Virus record (IMG/VR): IMGVR_UViG_3300024343_000007
Span: 1 to 64,000 of that record
Source: a virus
Taxonomy: Duplodnaviria; Heunggongvirae; Uroviricota; Caudoviricetes
DNA length: 64,000 nucleotides
Strand: one strand, 5' to 3'
Position 1 is the first letter of the stretch, and the number at the start of each line of letters is the position of its first letter. This document shows, in pieces, positions 17,602 through 27,412 of this stretch. Position numbers and translations under genes: made by a program. A model generated the notes under the pieces. That model made no database searches and had not been told where the DNA came from. It was given only the letters and a program-made list of their open reading frames with translations.

Positions 17602-20186
17602 TGGCAATTATAAGGTACACGAAAGACGCAACAATAAGATATGCTTATCTAAATATCTTTCCTGATCAGTTTAAAACTGAGAAGGAAAAGATGGATGAAA
17701 GCTGGATCAAAAATACAATGGACTACTTTGCAAACAAAGCCTATGCTGAGTATGTCAAAGCTAGAGATACATTTGTAAAAAACTATGATCTTGTTAAAGG
17801 TATTTTAAGAAGAGAAGATTTCTTTGTAGAACCAGAAGTTAGAAGTTTTACAGATGTACTTACATCAGATCTTGAACTTCCTGCTTATGTAAAACATTAT
17901 TCTATAATGACAACTCCTATTAATGAATTAGTAGGAGAGATATCAAAGCGACCTGATGCTTTCCTAGTAAAAGCATTTGATGATGATAGTCAAGCTGAAG
18001 AGTTACAATTTAAAACTCAGATACTAAACGAATATGTAATCAATCAAGCAAAGCAAAAGATAGAACAAAATGCTATGGCTCAAGGTCAAGAAATTGATCC
18101 TGAGGAGTTGGATCAAATGACCATGGAACAAGTAAAAGATGAAATAGATAACTATACATCTGTAGCAGAGAAGTGGGCAAATCATATTCTTTCAGCTCAA
18201 AAGATTGAATTTAATCTTAAAGAAAAAGGAGAAGATTCATTTAGAGACTTATTAATATCTGCTAGAGAGTTCTTTCATGTCTATGAGGACAACTCTAAAC
18301 TTGGATTTAATATTGAGGTAGCTAACCCTAAGAACACTTGGTTCTTAACTACTCCAGATAGAAAGTGGATATCTGATACAACTGGTAGAGCACAAGGAGC
18401 ATACGCTGCTGGTACTGTACAAGTATTAGAATTATCTGAAATCATTGAAGCTATTCCTGACTTAACCAAAGATGAGATAGATCACTTACGTAGTTCATTA
18501 CAAGACTATGGATTAATCAATGTACGTGAATCTAACTTAGGTAATCCTAACGCTGTTCCAGGTAATGACTCTATCCAATATGATACATTTGACCCATTAG
18601 TCTTACAGACTAGAATGCTTATTGAATCAGAAATGAAAGAGAACAATGATGGTCTTAAGGACTTCTTGGGACTTACATCTAACGTATCTTCATTTGGTTA
18701 CAAGTATGTAGTGGTAAGAGCTTACTGGATTTCTAAAAAGAAGATAGGTAAAGTAATCTACACAGATGAGATGGGTAATGAGCAATCTTTACTTGTAGAT
18801 GAAAATTATAAATCAGGAACTATCCCTACACAAGAATCATTAGAATGGGGATGGATTAACCAATGGTACCAAGGTATTAAGATTGGTCCAGATATCTATC
18901 ATGTTAAACCTTATAAGTTATTACCTTATTGTCCTATCATAGGTCAAACATTTGAAGTTAAGAATACAGAAGCTAAGAGTTTAGTAGATATGATGAAACC
19001 TTTCCAAGTTATATACAATGTTTGTATGAACCAATTGTATAAGTTACTTGAGAAGGAAGTGGGTAAAGTGCAGTTGATGTCTATTAGACACATTCCTATT
19101 CCTAAGGATGGAGATGCTCAAGATGCATTAGATATCTGGGAAATGGAAGCACGTAACAGAGGAGTTGTATTTGTAGATGATAGTCCTGAGAACTTAAAGA
19201 GTCCATCTAGCTTCAATCAATTTACAAGTCTTGACCTTACACGTACTACAGAGATCCAAGCAAGATATACTCTAGCTCAACAAATAAAGAATGAGTGTTG
19301 GGAATTAATTGGTATGTCTAAACAAAGATTAGGATCTGTATCTGCTAGTGAAACAGCTACAGGTACCAATACAGCAATTACACAATCTTATGCTCAGACA
19401 GAACCTTTGTTTGTAGCACATGAATATATTATGGGTCAGTTATATCAAGCTGTTATTGATGCAGCTTTATATGTAGAAGCTAAGAAGCCACAATCAACTA
19501 TATCTTATATTACTAATCAAGGAGAATCTGCTTTTGTAACTGTAAATGGTACAGATCTTAGATTCAGAGATTTAAAAGTATATTTAACTAACAGACCTGA
19601 AGATAGAAAAGCATTTGATGAAATTAGAGGATTGTCTCAAGCAGTTCTTCAAAATGGTGGATCTTTACATGATGTAATTGAACTTTACAGTACTAACTCC
19701 ATGAGACAAATGAAGAAGGTATTTAAGACACTCAAGGAGAGACAAGAGCAATTACAAAATACTCAAATGCAACAAAAGCAACAAGAACTTGAACAACAGC
19801 AACAACAAGCTCAAGCTCAACTTCAGTTGGCTCAACAACAAGCTGATAATAAGATAGCTAATGACAACTACCAAGCTGAGCTTGATAGAATCAATAAGAA
19901 AGAGATTGCTCTTATTGGAGCTGAATCTAAAGCAGGTCCATTGTCTGATGTAGATAAATCTGGCTCTCCTGATGTTCTAGAAATTGAAAAGATAGGATTA
20001 CAAAAAGAAAGTGCTTCAAGAGATTATCAAATGAAGATGCAAGATAATATGACTAAGAATAGACTTGCTGCTGAGAAGTTACAATTAGAGAAAGAGAAAC
20101 TACAAGTGGCACGAGATAACCAAGCAAATGACTTAGCTGTTGCTAAAGAAAACGCTAAAGGAAGAGCTACTAAAAAACCTAAATAA
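17601..20186 (+). CDS. Putative portal protein (861 aa)
   Basis: Large protein immediately after TerL with TAATG coupling. Gln-rich coiled coil near the C-terminus (QQKQQELEQQQQQAQAQLQLAQQQ). The assignment rests on synteny and size only. Confidence 0.5.
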   Translation: MAIIRYTKDATIRYAYLNIFPDQFKTEKEKMDESWIKNTMDYFANKAYAEYVKARDTFVKNYDLVKGILRREDFFVEPEVRSFTDVLTSDLELPAYVKHYSIMTTPINELVGEISKRPDAFLVKAFDDDSQAEELQFKTQILNEYVINQAKQKIEQNAMAQGQEIDPEELDQMTMEQVKDEIDNYTSVAEKWANHILSAQKIEFNLKEKGEDSFRDLLISAREFFHVYEDNSKLGFNIEVANPKNTWFLTTPDRKWISDTTGRAQGAYAAGTVQVLELSEIIEAIPDLTKDEIDHLRSSLQDYGLINVRESNLGNPNAVPGNDSIQYDTFDPLVLQTRMLIESEMKENNDGLKDFLGLTSNVSSFGYKYVVVRAYWISKKKIGKVIYTDEMGNEQSLLVDENYKSGTIPTQESLEWGWINQWYQGIKIGPDIYHVKPYKLLPYCPIIGQTFEVKNTEAKSLVDMMKPFQVIYNVCMNQLYKLLEKEVGKVQLMSIRHIPIPKDGDAQDALDIWEMEARNRGVVFVDDSPENLKSPSSFNQFTSLDLTRTTEIQARYTLAQQIKNECWELIGMSKQRLGSVSASETATGTNTAITQSYAQTEPLFVAHEYIMGQLYQAVIDAALYVEAKKPQSTISYITNQGESAFVTVNGTDLRFRDLKVYLTNRPEDRKAFDEIRGLSQAVLQNGGSLHDVIELYSTNSMRQMKKVFKTLKERQEQLQNTQMQQKQQELEQQQQQAQAQLQLAQQQADNKIANDNYQAELDRINKKEIALIGAESKAGPLSDVDKSGSPDVLEIEKIGLQKESASRDYQMKMQDNMTKNRLAAEKLQLEKEKLQVARDNQANDLAVAKENAKGRATKKPK

Positions 20187-20716
20187 TGTTTGATAAACTG
20201 ATTGAGGTATTGATTGAATGGTGGAATCACATTCTACCATTTATCATTATCAGAGACTACGAACAAGCTGTACTCCTTAGATTTGGAAAGTTTAATCAAG
20301 TGTTACTACCAGGTATACACTTTAAGATTCCTTTCTTTGATGAGGTGATTGATCAACACGTAGTGGTAACAACACTTAGTCTTGATGCTCAATCTTTATA
20401 TACAAAGGATAAGCAAAATATTGTAGTCAAAGGACTTGTCAAATATAAGATAGCAGATGTTAAGATATTCTTACTAGAAGTCTATGATGCACAGGATGCT
20501 CTGTCAGACATGTCTCAAAGCATTATAAAAAATATTATTATGTCCATGACCTTAGAAGAGTGTACAGATTCTGAACTTGATAATATTTTGACAAAGAAAG
20601 TTAGGGTGGAAGCACGCAAGTGGGGAGTTGAAGTTCAACAAGTTACGCTTACAGATCTTGCTCCAATAAGAAGCTATAGGCTTATAAATGACAATTTTAC
20701 TAACAAATTAGATTAG
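20186..20716 (+). CDS. SPFH/band-7 (stomatin-prohibitin-like) domain protein (176 aa)
   Basis: N-terminal hydrophobic anchor (LIEVLIEWWNHILPFIII). VVTTLSLDAQSLYTKDKQNIVVKGLVKYKI, ALSDMSQSIIKNI and EARKWGVEVQQVTLTDL match the SPFH core including the conserved WG(I/V)xVxxVxIxD(I/L) segment. TAATG-coupled to the portal gene. Confidence 0.6.
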   Translation: MFDKLIEVLIEWWNHILPFIIIRDYEQAVLLRFGKFNQVLLPGIHFKIPFFDEVIDQHVVVTTLSLDAQSLYTKDKQNIVVKGLVKYKIADVKIFLLEVYDAQDALSDMSQSIIKNIIMSMTLEECTDSELDNILTKKVRVEARKWGVEVQQVTLTDLAPIRSYRLINDNFTNKLD

Positions 20717-20834
20717 AGTAAAAAATATTAATGCTATATTATATTGAATAATAGCCTATATGGAGCCTTGTCTCTTTGCTGTTAATTTAACTTGATATAC
20801 TTTTACATTGAAAACCAAATAAATACAACTACAT

Positions 20835-22109
20835 ATGGCTGAAAATCTAGATATGCCTCAGATAGGCAACTTTAGTATTCAAGATACTATGGACATGGGT
20901 ATGGGCAACCAAGAGTTATTAAATGATTTAATGTCTCCTGAAAGTGCTACATCTAATCCTGATGACATTCATGACATCAAAGATGAACCTGCTCCTGCTC
21001 CAACAAAGAAAACTACTTCTAAGCAACACGCTATCCCAGATCCTGCAGATCCTGCAGAAGATAAGAAAGACGAACCTGTTAAAGGGATTCAAGATTTCTT
21101 GTATGGTGAAGATGATGAAGAAAGTGAAGATGACGAACCAGCAACTGCACCAGCTAAAAAAGCTACGCAATCTGCTGATAATCAAGAAGATAGTAAGGAT
21201 GATAATGAAGAAGGTGAAGAAGCTCCTACGAGTCAATTCACTGCATTATCAAATGACCTTTTCAAACTAGGTGTTTTCTCTAAAGAGGACGAAGAAGAAG
21301 AAACTGCAATAGATACTCCTGAAGCATTCTTAGAACGCTTCCAAGCAGAAAAGAAAAAAGGAGCTATTGAAATTGTAGATAATTTCATTGGACAGTTTGG
21401 AGAAGATTATCAAAAAGCATTTGATGCCATATTTGTAAAAGGAGTTGATCCTAAAGATTACTTTGGTGCATTTAGCCAAATACAATCTTTTGCTGAAATG
21501 GACTTAACTCAAGAGAACAATCAAGTGGCTGTTATTAAACAAGCTTTGACTGATCAAGGATTTGAGCCTGAAGATGTTATAACAGAAGTAGAAAGATTAA
21601 AAAACTATGGTGATTTAGAAAGTGTTGCTGCTAAACATCATAAGGTTCTAATAAAGAAAGAAGGCCAAAAGCTTCAACAAATGGAGCAACAAAAAGAGGT
21701 CCAATTACAACAGCAACAAGCCATCAAGCAACAATACTTACAGAATGTAAACAATGTTTTACAAGAGAAGATTAAAGCTAAAGAATTTGATGGCATACCA
21801 ATTAACCCTAAATTAGCTGGTGAACTACAAGATTTCCTAGTAACAGACAAGTACAAAACAAATTCAGGTGAGACTCTCACTGATTTTGATCGTACAATTC
21901 TGGAGCTGAAACGTCCTGAGAATCATGCAACCAAAGTAAAGCTTGCGTTGATCATGAAGATAATGGAGAAAGATCCTACATTATCTACTATTCAAAAGAC
22001 AGGTATCACCAAAAAGTCTAATGAATTATTTGGTGAAGTTGCCAGACAAGCCCAGAAGAGTTCAGTGAAATCTAAACCAACCACTAAATCCACTTCTTGG
22101 TTTCAATAA
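20835..22109 (+). CDS. Acidic low-complexity/coiled-coil protein (424 aa), candidate scaffolding protein
   Basis: Asp/Glu-rich N-terminal half, Gln-rich coiled coil (QQMEQQKEVQLQQQQAIKQQYLQN). Located between the portal and the putative capsid gene. Confidence 0.45.
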   Translation: MAENLDMPQIGNFSIQDTMDMGMGNQELLNDLMSPESATSNPDDIHDIKDEPAPAPTKKTTSKQHAIPDPADPAEDKKDEPVKGIQDFLYGEDDEESEDDEPATAPAKKATQSADNQEDSKDDNEEGEEAPTSQFTALSNDLFKLGVFSKEDEEEETAIDTPEAFLERFQAEKKKGAIEIVDNFIGQFGEDYQKAFDAIFVKGVDPKDYFGAFSQIQSFAEMDLTQENNQVAVIKQALTDQGFEPEDVITEVERLKNYGDLESVAAKHHKVLIKKEGQKLQQMEQQKEVQLQQQQAIKQQYLQNVNNVLQEKIKAKEFDGIPINPKLAGELQDFLVTDKYKTNSGETLTDFDRTILELKRPENHATKVKLALIMKIMEKDPTLSTIQKTGITKKSNELFGEVARQAQKSSVKSKPTTKSTSWFQ

Positions 22110-22145
22110 ACAATTTATATAACAAAAATTAAAAAAGGATAACAA

Positions 22146-23699
22146 ATGGCAATTCAAACAATCCCAGGTTTAACTGGTTTTACCTATGCTAGAGTAGCTT
22201 CTATGGACAAGCGTGCAGTAGGTAAATTGACTGACTCAAACCATCTAGAGAGCTTTCACTCAACTGAGCCTGCTGATTATGATAAGAAAATCATCAGCTT
22301 GTATACTCAGAGTTCTCTTTATAGTAATGACTTCTTGGACATGATTAACAAGAGCACACCTTACTATATCGACAATAATAGTGATGCTTGGAAATGGCAG
22401 GTACAAGTACCTTACAAGTTCCCAAAAATCATTGACGTTCCTACTAGCACTTTGGAGTTATCCAAGCCTGGTATCGATGGTCAAGAGTTTCAATTAATCA
22501 TTGACACTAATGAATTTTCTAAGAACGCAATTATCTCTGTAGGTACACGTCAATATGGTCCACGTTTCTACGTAGTAAAAGATCCAGTTCCTTGGAACGT
22601 TGGATACTTATACACTTTCAATTTAGTAAGTGACAACCCAACTGTTGATTTCGTAAGCCCTATCTTCTTGCAAGTGGGTGTGGAATTAGAGTTAGTTGAT
22701 GCTGCTATTGGTGAGTTCGATCAAGACTTATTAGGTCTTCCTCGTTTAGGTGAGCAAATCACAATGTTTGAATCTTTAGGTTCTGCATATGGTTATGAGC
22801 ACAAAATCACTGAGTGGGCTGATGACAAGATGATGAGAGATGCTTCTGGCAAACCTTTAGACATCTTAGTATATGCTCCTCAAAGACGTAACCAATTACC
22901 TTTAACTCGTAATGATGTTAAGTGGGAACCATTTATTGAGTTCTGGATGCGTAAGTCTATGTTAGAATTAAAAGTTAAGCGTATGATCTGGGCTCGTCCT
23001 GGAACTGTGAAGACTAATGGTTCTAAGCAAGAATTAAAGCGTACTTCTGCTGGTGTATATCACAGAATGCGTAACAATGGTAACTTAGTACAATACAATC
23101 GTGGTGAGTTTACAGCTAACTTGATTCGTTCTGTATTTGGTGACTTATTCTACAGACGTGTGGATGTTAAAGACAGACGTGTTAAAATGTACACTAATGA
23201 AGCTGGCTTTGACGTATTCCAACAAGCTTTAAAAACAGATGCTTTGAATTCTGGTCTTACTTTCATGGCTGATTCTGGTAACAGATACATGCAAGGTGAA
23301 GGTCAACATATCACTTACAACTTTGCATTCGATGCAATGGTAACTCGTGAGACTGGTCGTGTTGAATTAATTCACTTGAAAGAATTAGACTTACCTCAAA
23401 CAAACTTAGAATTTGGACAAAACAAGAAGTCAACTCCAGTATTTATGGTGTTTGATGTATCTCCAATGTCTGATGGTTCTATGATCAACAATATTCGTGA
23501 AGTACGTATGAAGGGTGCACCTTCTATGACTTGGGGTTATATCGATGGTACTCGTCACCACTTAGGCTTTGCTAAGTCTCAAGGTATGAGTTCTGCGAAC
23601 AAATTCCCTGGATATGAGATCTGGATGAAAGATCGTTGTGATGTATTTATCGAAGATTTATCTCGTACAGTATTGATTGAAGAAATTCCTCAATTCTAA
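22146..23699 (+). CDS. Putative major capsid protein (517 aa)
   Basis: Size typical of large HK97-fold capsid proteins of crAss-like phages. Follows the scaffold-like gene and is followed by a 190-nt hairpin-rich non-coding spacer. No diagnostic motif. Confidence 0.5.
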   Translation: MAIQTIPGLTGFTYARVASMDKRAVGKLTDSNHLESFHSTEPADYDKKIISLYTQSSLYSNDFLDMINKSTPYYIDNNSDAWKWQVQVPYKFPKIIDVPTSTLELSKPGIDGQEFQLIIDTNEFSKNAIISVGTRQYGPRFYVVKDPVPWNVGYLYTFNLVSDNPTVDFVSPIFLQVGVELELVDAAIGEFDQDLLGLPRLGEQITMFESLGSAYGYEHKITEWADDKMMRDASGKPLDILVYAPQRRNQLPLTRNDVKWEPFIEFWMRKSMLELKVKRMIWARPGTVKTNGSKQELKRTSAGVYHRMRNNGNLVQYNRGEFTANLIRSVFGDLFYRRVDVKDRRVKMYTNEAGFDVFQQALKTDALNSGLTFMADSGNRYMQGEGQHITYNFAFDAMVTRETGRVELIHLKELDLPQTNLEFGQNKKSTPVFMVFDVSPMSDGSMINNIREVRMKGAPSMTWGYIDGTRHHLGFAKSQGMSSANKFPGYEIWMKDRCDVFIEDLSRTVLIEEIPQF

Positions 23700-23761
23700 T
23701 AAATGCCCCTCTAAGGATAGTATCCTAAGACTGACACCAATGGTGTTTCGCAAAAAACTCA

Positions 23762-23855
23762 GAAGACCTTCCCCCCACATCCCAGTGGGGGAGTCTTCTA
23801 ACACAGATGGACATGTACAGGCTCCATGCCTTACAGTGTTCCCTTCGATGGGAAC
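23762..23855 (+). other. Structured intergenic RNA element / possible terminator or processing site downstream of the putative capsid gene
   Basis: Long imperfect hairpin GAAGAC...CCCCAC-ATCCCA-GTGGGG...GTCTTC (23762-23798) and a second hairpin GTTCCC-TTCGAT-GGGAAC (23838-23855). No T-run follows, so this is not a canonical intrinsic terminator. Confidence 0.35.
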
Positions 23856-23889
23856 CATCTGCAAATAAACCAATAAAAAACAACTACAT

Positions 23890-24855
23890 ATGGGTAAGAT
23901 AGGAAAAATCTCTACTATTAAAAAAGAGTACAACAATTCACAATTGCAAACAATGCAAGGTGGACTTGCAATGAAAGGTTACACAAGAATCCCTGGTACA
24001 GGTGTATTTAAGTATCCTTACAAAGAGTTAGATGGACAGTACAGAACAGGCTTAGATCCTAAAGCTAGTTATATCAAAAGAATCCAAGACCCTTTAGAAA
24101 GGGAATTAGAAACTGAAAGAGTAACAGAGTTAAGGGACAAACTTGAAGCAGCATTAAGTGCTGACTTAAGTCCTCGTTCTACATTCTGGAATTATGGCTT
24201 ATCAACTTCTGTTGATGATTCTATGCACGTTCAACCAGTTAAGTTGTTAGATGGTGATAACTATTTTGACTTTACATTGCCATTACAAGAGTTAGCATTT
24301 TCATGGTTGAGAGTTCATCCAACAATTGCTTCTAGCTATCAAGCTTGGGAGCGTGGTGAATTCCCTGCTGATATTCAGTACTACGTTGCTGATGATGATA
24401 TTGAGAACAAGGTGATGTTTAAGAAGAAACAACTTATTAATAAAGCAATTGTTAAGTTTGATAGTATGACTCCTGAGAAGAAGAAGAAAGTGGCTCGTCT
24501 ACTTGGTCTTCCAGTATCAGATGATTCCAAAGAAGAAACAGTTTACAATCAGGTGGATAACCTATTGAAACAAACTGAATTCAAGAATGGCAAATACCAA
24601 GGCTTAAATCCAATTGAGGTGTTTGGTAGATTTGCAGATATGAAAGAAAACTTACTCCATATTAAAGACTTGGTTAAACAAGCTGTTGCTCATTCAGTAT
24701 ATAGAGCTAAACCAAATGGCAAGATTTATGAAGGTGAGTTTGAGATAGCTACTGATGAGGATGACTTAGTGAAGTTCTTAGCAGATGAAGATAACCAAGA
24801 CCAATTATTAATTTTAGAAGGTAAATTGAAAGGTAAAAAAATAGCTGCAATATGA
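23890..24855 (+). CDS. hypothetical structural-module protein (321 aa)
   Basis: ORF preceded by the conserved CCAATAAAAAACAACTACATATGG start context. No motif recognised. Confidence 0.6.
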   Translation: MGKIGKISTIKKEYNNSQLQTMQGGLAMKGYTRIPGTGVFKYPYKELDGQYRTGLDPKASYIKRIQDPLERELETERVTELRDKLEAALSADLSPRSTFWNYGLSTSVDDSMHVQPVKLLDGDNYFDFTLPLQELAFSWLRVHPTIASSYQAWERGEFPADIQYYVADDDIENKVMFKKKQLINKAIVKFDSMTPEKKKKVARLLGLPVSDDSKEETVYNQVDNLLKQTEFKNGKYQGLNPIEVFGRFADMKENLLHIKDLVKQAVAHSVYRAKPNGKIYEGEFEIATDEDDLVKFLADEDNQDQLLILEGKLKGKKIAAI

Positions 24856-25583
24856 TCCCAGTAGATAGTTTATTATATAAGATTGATCAGAAACTAAATA
24901 AACTATCCACTAATGAGCATCAAGAGATTCCTGTAGAAGATAAGATCTTAGCGTTGAATGAGGCTCAAATTAAGCTTATAAAGCAAAAGGTTGATGGATT
25001 TAGTACAGTTTCTGGATTAGGCATGGATGCGTTCAAGAAGCGTTACGAAGACTTACAAAGTCTTGTACAGCCTTACAACCACCAACCTCTTCCTCTAGTA
25101 TTGAAGAATGCTGAACTAAATCAATGGTTTGCAAACATCCATCTTCTTGTACCTCAGTACATGTTCTACATAGATAGTTACATATTAGCTGATAAAGGAA
25201 GATGTGTAGATAGAAAGGTTTGGATTAATAGAGATCTTGCTAAGCATGGTGATTTACAGTTTTGCTTAAACAATGTCCACTACAGACCTTCTTTTGAATA
25301 CCAAGAGACATTCAACTTTATATCTTCTGATGAGATCTCTATATTTACAGATGGTACATTTACACCTAAGGATATATATATCTCTTACATGAGATATCCT
25401 CAATATATAAATAAGACAGGATATATTATGCTTGATGGCTTACCCTCATTCGATCAGGATTGTGAACTTGAACTATACCTAGAAGATGAACTATTAGATC
25501 TGACAGTACAAAACTTGGCAATGTATACAGAAAACCAAAGTGCTGTTCAAAGCTCAATTTACAGAATACAAACAAACGAATAA
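24852..25583 (+). CDS. hypothetical structural-module protein (243 aa)
   Basis: ORF, 4-nt overlap (ATGA) with the upstream gene. Confidence 0.6.
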   Translation: MIPVDSLLYKIDQKLNKLSTNEHQEIPVEDKILALNEAQIKLIKQKVDGFSTVSGLGMDAFKKRYEDLQSLVQPYNHQPLPLVLKNAELNQWFANIHLLVPQYMFYIDSYILADKGRCVDRKVWINRDLAKHGDLQFCLNNVHYRPSFEYQETFNFISSDEISIFTDGTFTPKDIYISYMRYPQYINKTGYIMLDGLPSFDQDCELELYLEDELLDLTVQNLAMYTENQSAVQSSIYRIQTNE

Positions 25584-25609
25584 TTTTTAACAATTAAATA
25601 TAAAGCAAA

Positions 25610-26770
25610 ATGGCTGATTTTTCTCTAACCACCCTCTTTGTTGTACCAGTAGGAAATACATTACCTAGCTCTGGATCAACACAGAATTTAACAGCTGGTC
25701 AAGTAGGAATATTCCTAAATGACTACAGCGTTGCAGATGCAAGTAACATTGCTGCTGCCCCTTACTTTTATGTAGCTCAAGGTAGAGTTAACACCTACTT
25801 ACAAGGTTCTAAGCGTTCAGACAAAATCTCTGGATGTCCTAGTGGTAACTCTTGTAAAACAAATGTAACTGAATGGTACAAATCTTTAGGTTGTCCTACT
25901 CCAGTGAATCAAGTAACTGATGTAGTTGACTTCACAGTAAAACCTGGTGAGATTGTAACATTAACTTTACGTGGTTTCTCTAGCTACTTAAACACATTGT
26001 ATTTCAATGGTTTCACTCGTTCTGTAACAGTTAATGCTCCATGTCTTGGATGTGGTGATGATCCTTGTACAGACGTTGATGTTCCTGCTTTAATTGATTC
26101 ATTAATCTTAAAGTTAGAAGCACGTGCACCTGGTGATAACCCAGACAACATTTATTTGACTCAGTTCTATCAATTCCAAAGAATTGGTAACGATCAAGAT
26201 GCGTTGTTACGTATTACTGGTAAACCTTTGACTGCTTATGGACAACCTTGTGACGTTGCTGCATTCCCTTGGGAGTATGACAGATTCTACTTTAGAACTT
26301 TCATCTTCTCTGGTCCAGCTACAACTGCTGACTTCATCGTTGACGATCCTTGTAATAGAGTTGCTCAACCTGTTATCACACAACGTTCTAACTATGCTGT
26401 TGGTACTTCTGCTGAAGTTCAACAATTAGAGAAGAACTTCTATAGCTACCAAGCTGGTTACTTAAAGCATTTATACAGAATGAATGGTTACAACGAGAAC
26501 TTTGAGTCTTGGGTAACTGATGGTCAGATCTATGATTTGTACTATATCAAATTCAATGAGTATGATAAGAGTGCTTACCAATGGGGTGACTATATTATGG
26601 AAGATAGCATGGTGATCATTGCTGTTCCTGAGAATCAAACATCTGCTATCGAAGCTATATTAGTAGCTGGTTTAGGAGCTGTTGCAGGTGACACAGCTTG
26701 TATCACTACTACTAGTACTACAACTACTGTATGGCCTAGCACTTCAACAACAACTACTTTGATCCCTTAA
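25610..26770 (+). CDS. hypothetical virion protein with C-terminal Thr-rich tail (386 aa)
   Basis: ORF ending in TTTSTTTTVWPSTSTTTTLIP and followed by a strong terminator, suggesting high expression. Could be a decoration or auxiliary capsid protein, or alternatively the capsid protein itself. Confidence 0.6.
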   Translation: MADFSLTTLFVVPVGNTLPSSGSTQNLTAGQVGIFLNDYSVADASNIAAAPYFYVAQGRVNTYLQGSKRSDKISGCPSGNSCKTNVTEWYKSLGCPTPVNQVTDVVDFTVKPGEIVTLTLRGFSSYLNTLYFNGFTRSVTVNAPCLGCGDDPCTDVDVPALIDSLILKLEARAPGDNPDNIYLTQFYQFQRIGNDQDALLRITGKPLTAYGQPCDVAAFPWEYDRFYFRTFIFSGPATTADFIVDDPCNRVAQPVITQRSNYAVGTSAEVQQLEKNFYSYQAGYLKHLYRMNGYNENFESWVTDGQIYDLYYIKFNEYDKSAYQWGDYIMEDSMVIIAVPENQTSAIEAILVAGLGAVAGDTACITTTSTTTTVWPSTSTTTTLIP

Positions 26771-26797
26771 GGAAAAAAGGTAGCATCATATTAACCT

Positions 26798-26842
26798 ATG
26801 CCAGAGGGTGAGAGGATATCTCAAATCCTCTGGCATTTTTAT
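26798..26842 (+). terminator. Rho-independent terminator
   Basis: Perfect 10-bp stem ATGCCAGAGG (26798-26807) / CCTCTGGCAT (26828-26837), 20-nt loop, followed by TTTTT (26838-26842). Confidence 0.6.
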
Positions 26843-26853
26843 TAGAAAAAACC

Positions 26854-27411
26854 ATGACATTAGATTTTTTAGTAATTAATACATACACTACACAAACATT
26901 AGGTATAGCTGACATATCTGTCTATGATACAAATCCACCTGTTGTTAGTGCTCCTACTATGCAAATTACTGTTCCTGGTTTCACAACACCTGTAGCTATT
27001 CCATTTAATGTTAATAGCTTCAATGTTTATAATTCAATCATTTTAGGACTAACTCCATTTCCAGCAACATCGCCTTTGCCTGATGGAATATATTTCATGA
27101 AATACTCAGTTGCTCCAGCTACTACAAATTTTGTAGAGAAGAACATTATGCGTACTGAGCTTATTCAAGAAAAGTTTGATGGTGCATTTATGAAATTAGA
27201 CATGATGGAATGTGATTCAGCTATAAGAACACAAGCAAAAGTAGTTTTAAGTAGTATAAGCTTTATGATTCAAGGCTCCATAGCAGCAGCTAATAACTGT
27301 GCTATTGATACAGCCAACAAATTATATATCCAAGCTAATAGACAATTGGATTATTTTATTGCAAACCAATGTGGTTGTACAGGAAACAACTATATAATTA
27401 ATTTTCCTTAA
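26854..27411 (+). CDS. hypothetical protein (185 aa)
   Basis: ORF directly after the terminator. Confidence 0.55.
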   Translation: MTLDFLVINTYTTQTLGIADISVYDTNPPVVSAPTMQITVPGFTTPVAIPFNVNSFNVYNSIILGLTPFPATSPLPDGIYFMKYSVAPATTNFVEKNIMRTELIQEKFDGAFMKLDMMECDSAIRTQAKVVLSSISFMIQGSIAAANNCAIDTANKLYIQANRQLDYFIANQCGCTGNNYIINFP

Positions 27412-27412
27412 T

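Noticed and set aside
20928-21270. ORFs 20928-21236 (-) and 20944-21270 (+)
   Set aside because: They are alternative frames within the acidic low-complexity 5' half of the scaffold-like gene. They have repetitive Lys/Leu/Ile composition.
23658-23936. ORFs 23677-23868 (+) and 23658-23936 (-) in the spacer after the putative capsid gene
   Set aside because: The region is dominated by hairpins and the conserved start-context element. The translations are Cys/Pro-rich junk. It is more likely a non-coding structured region.
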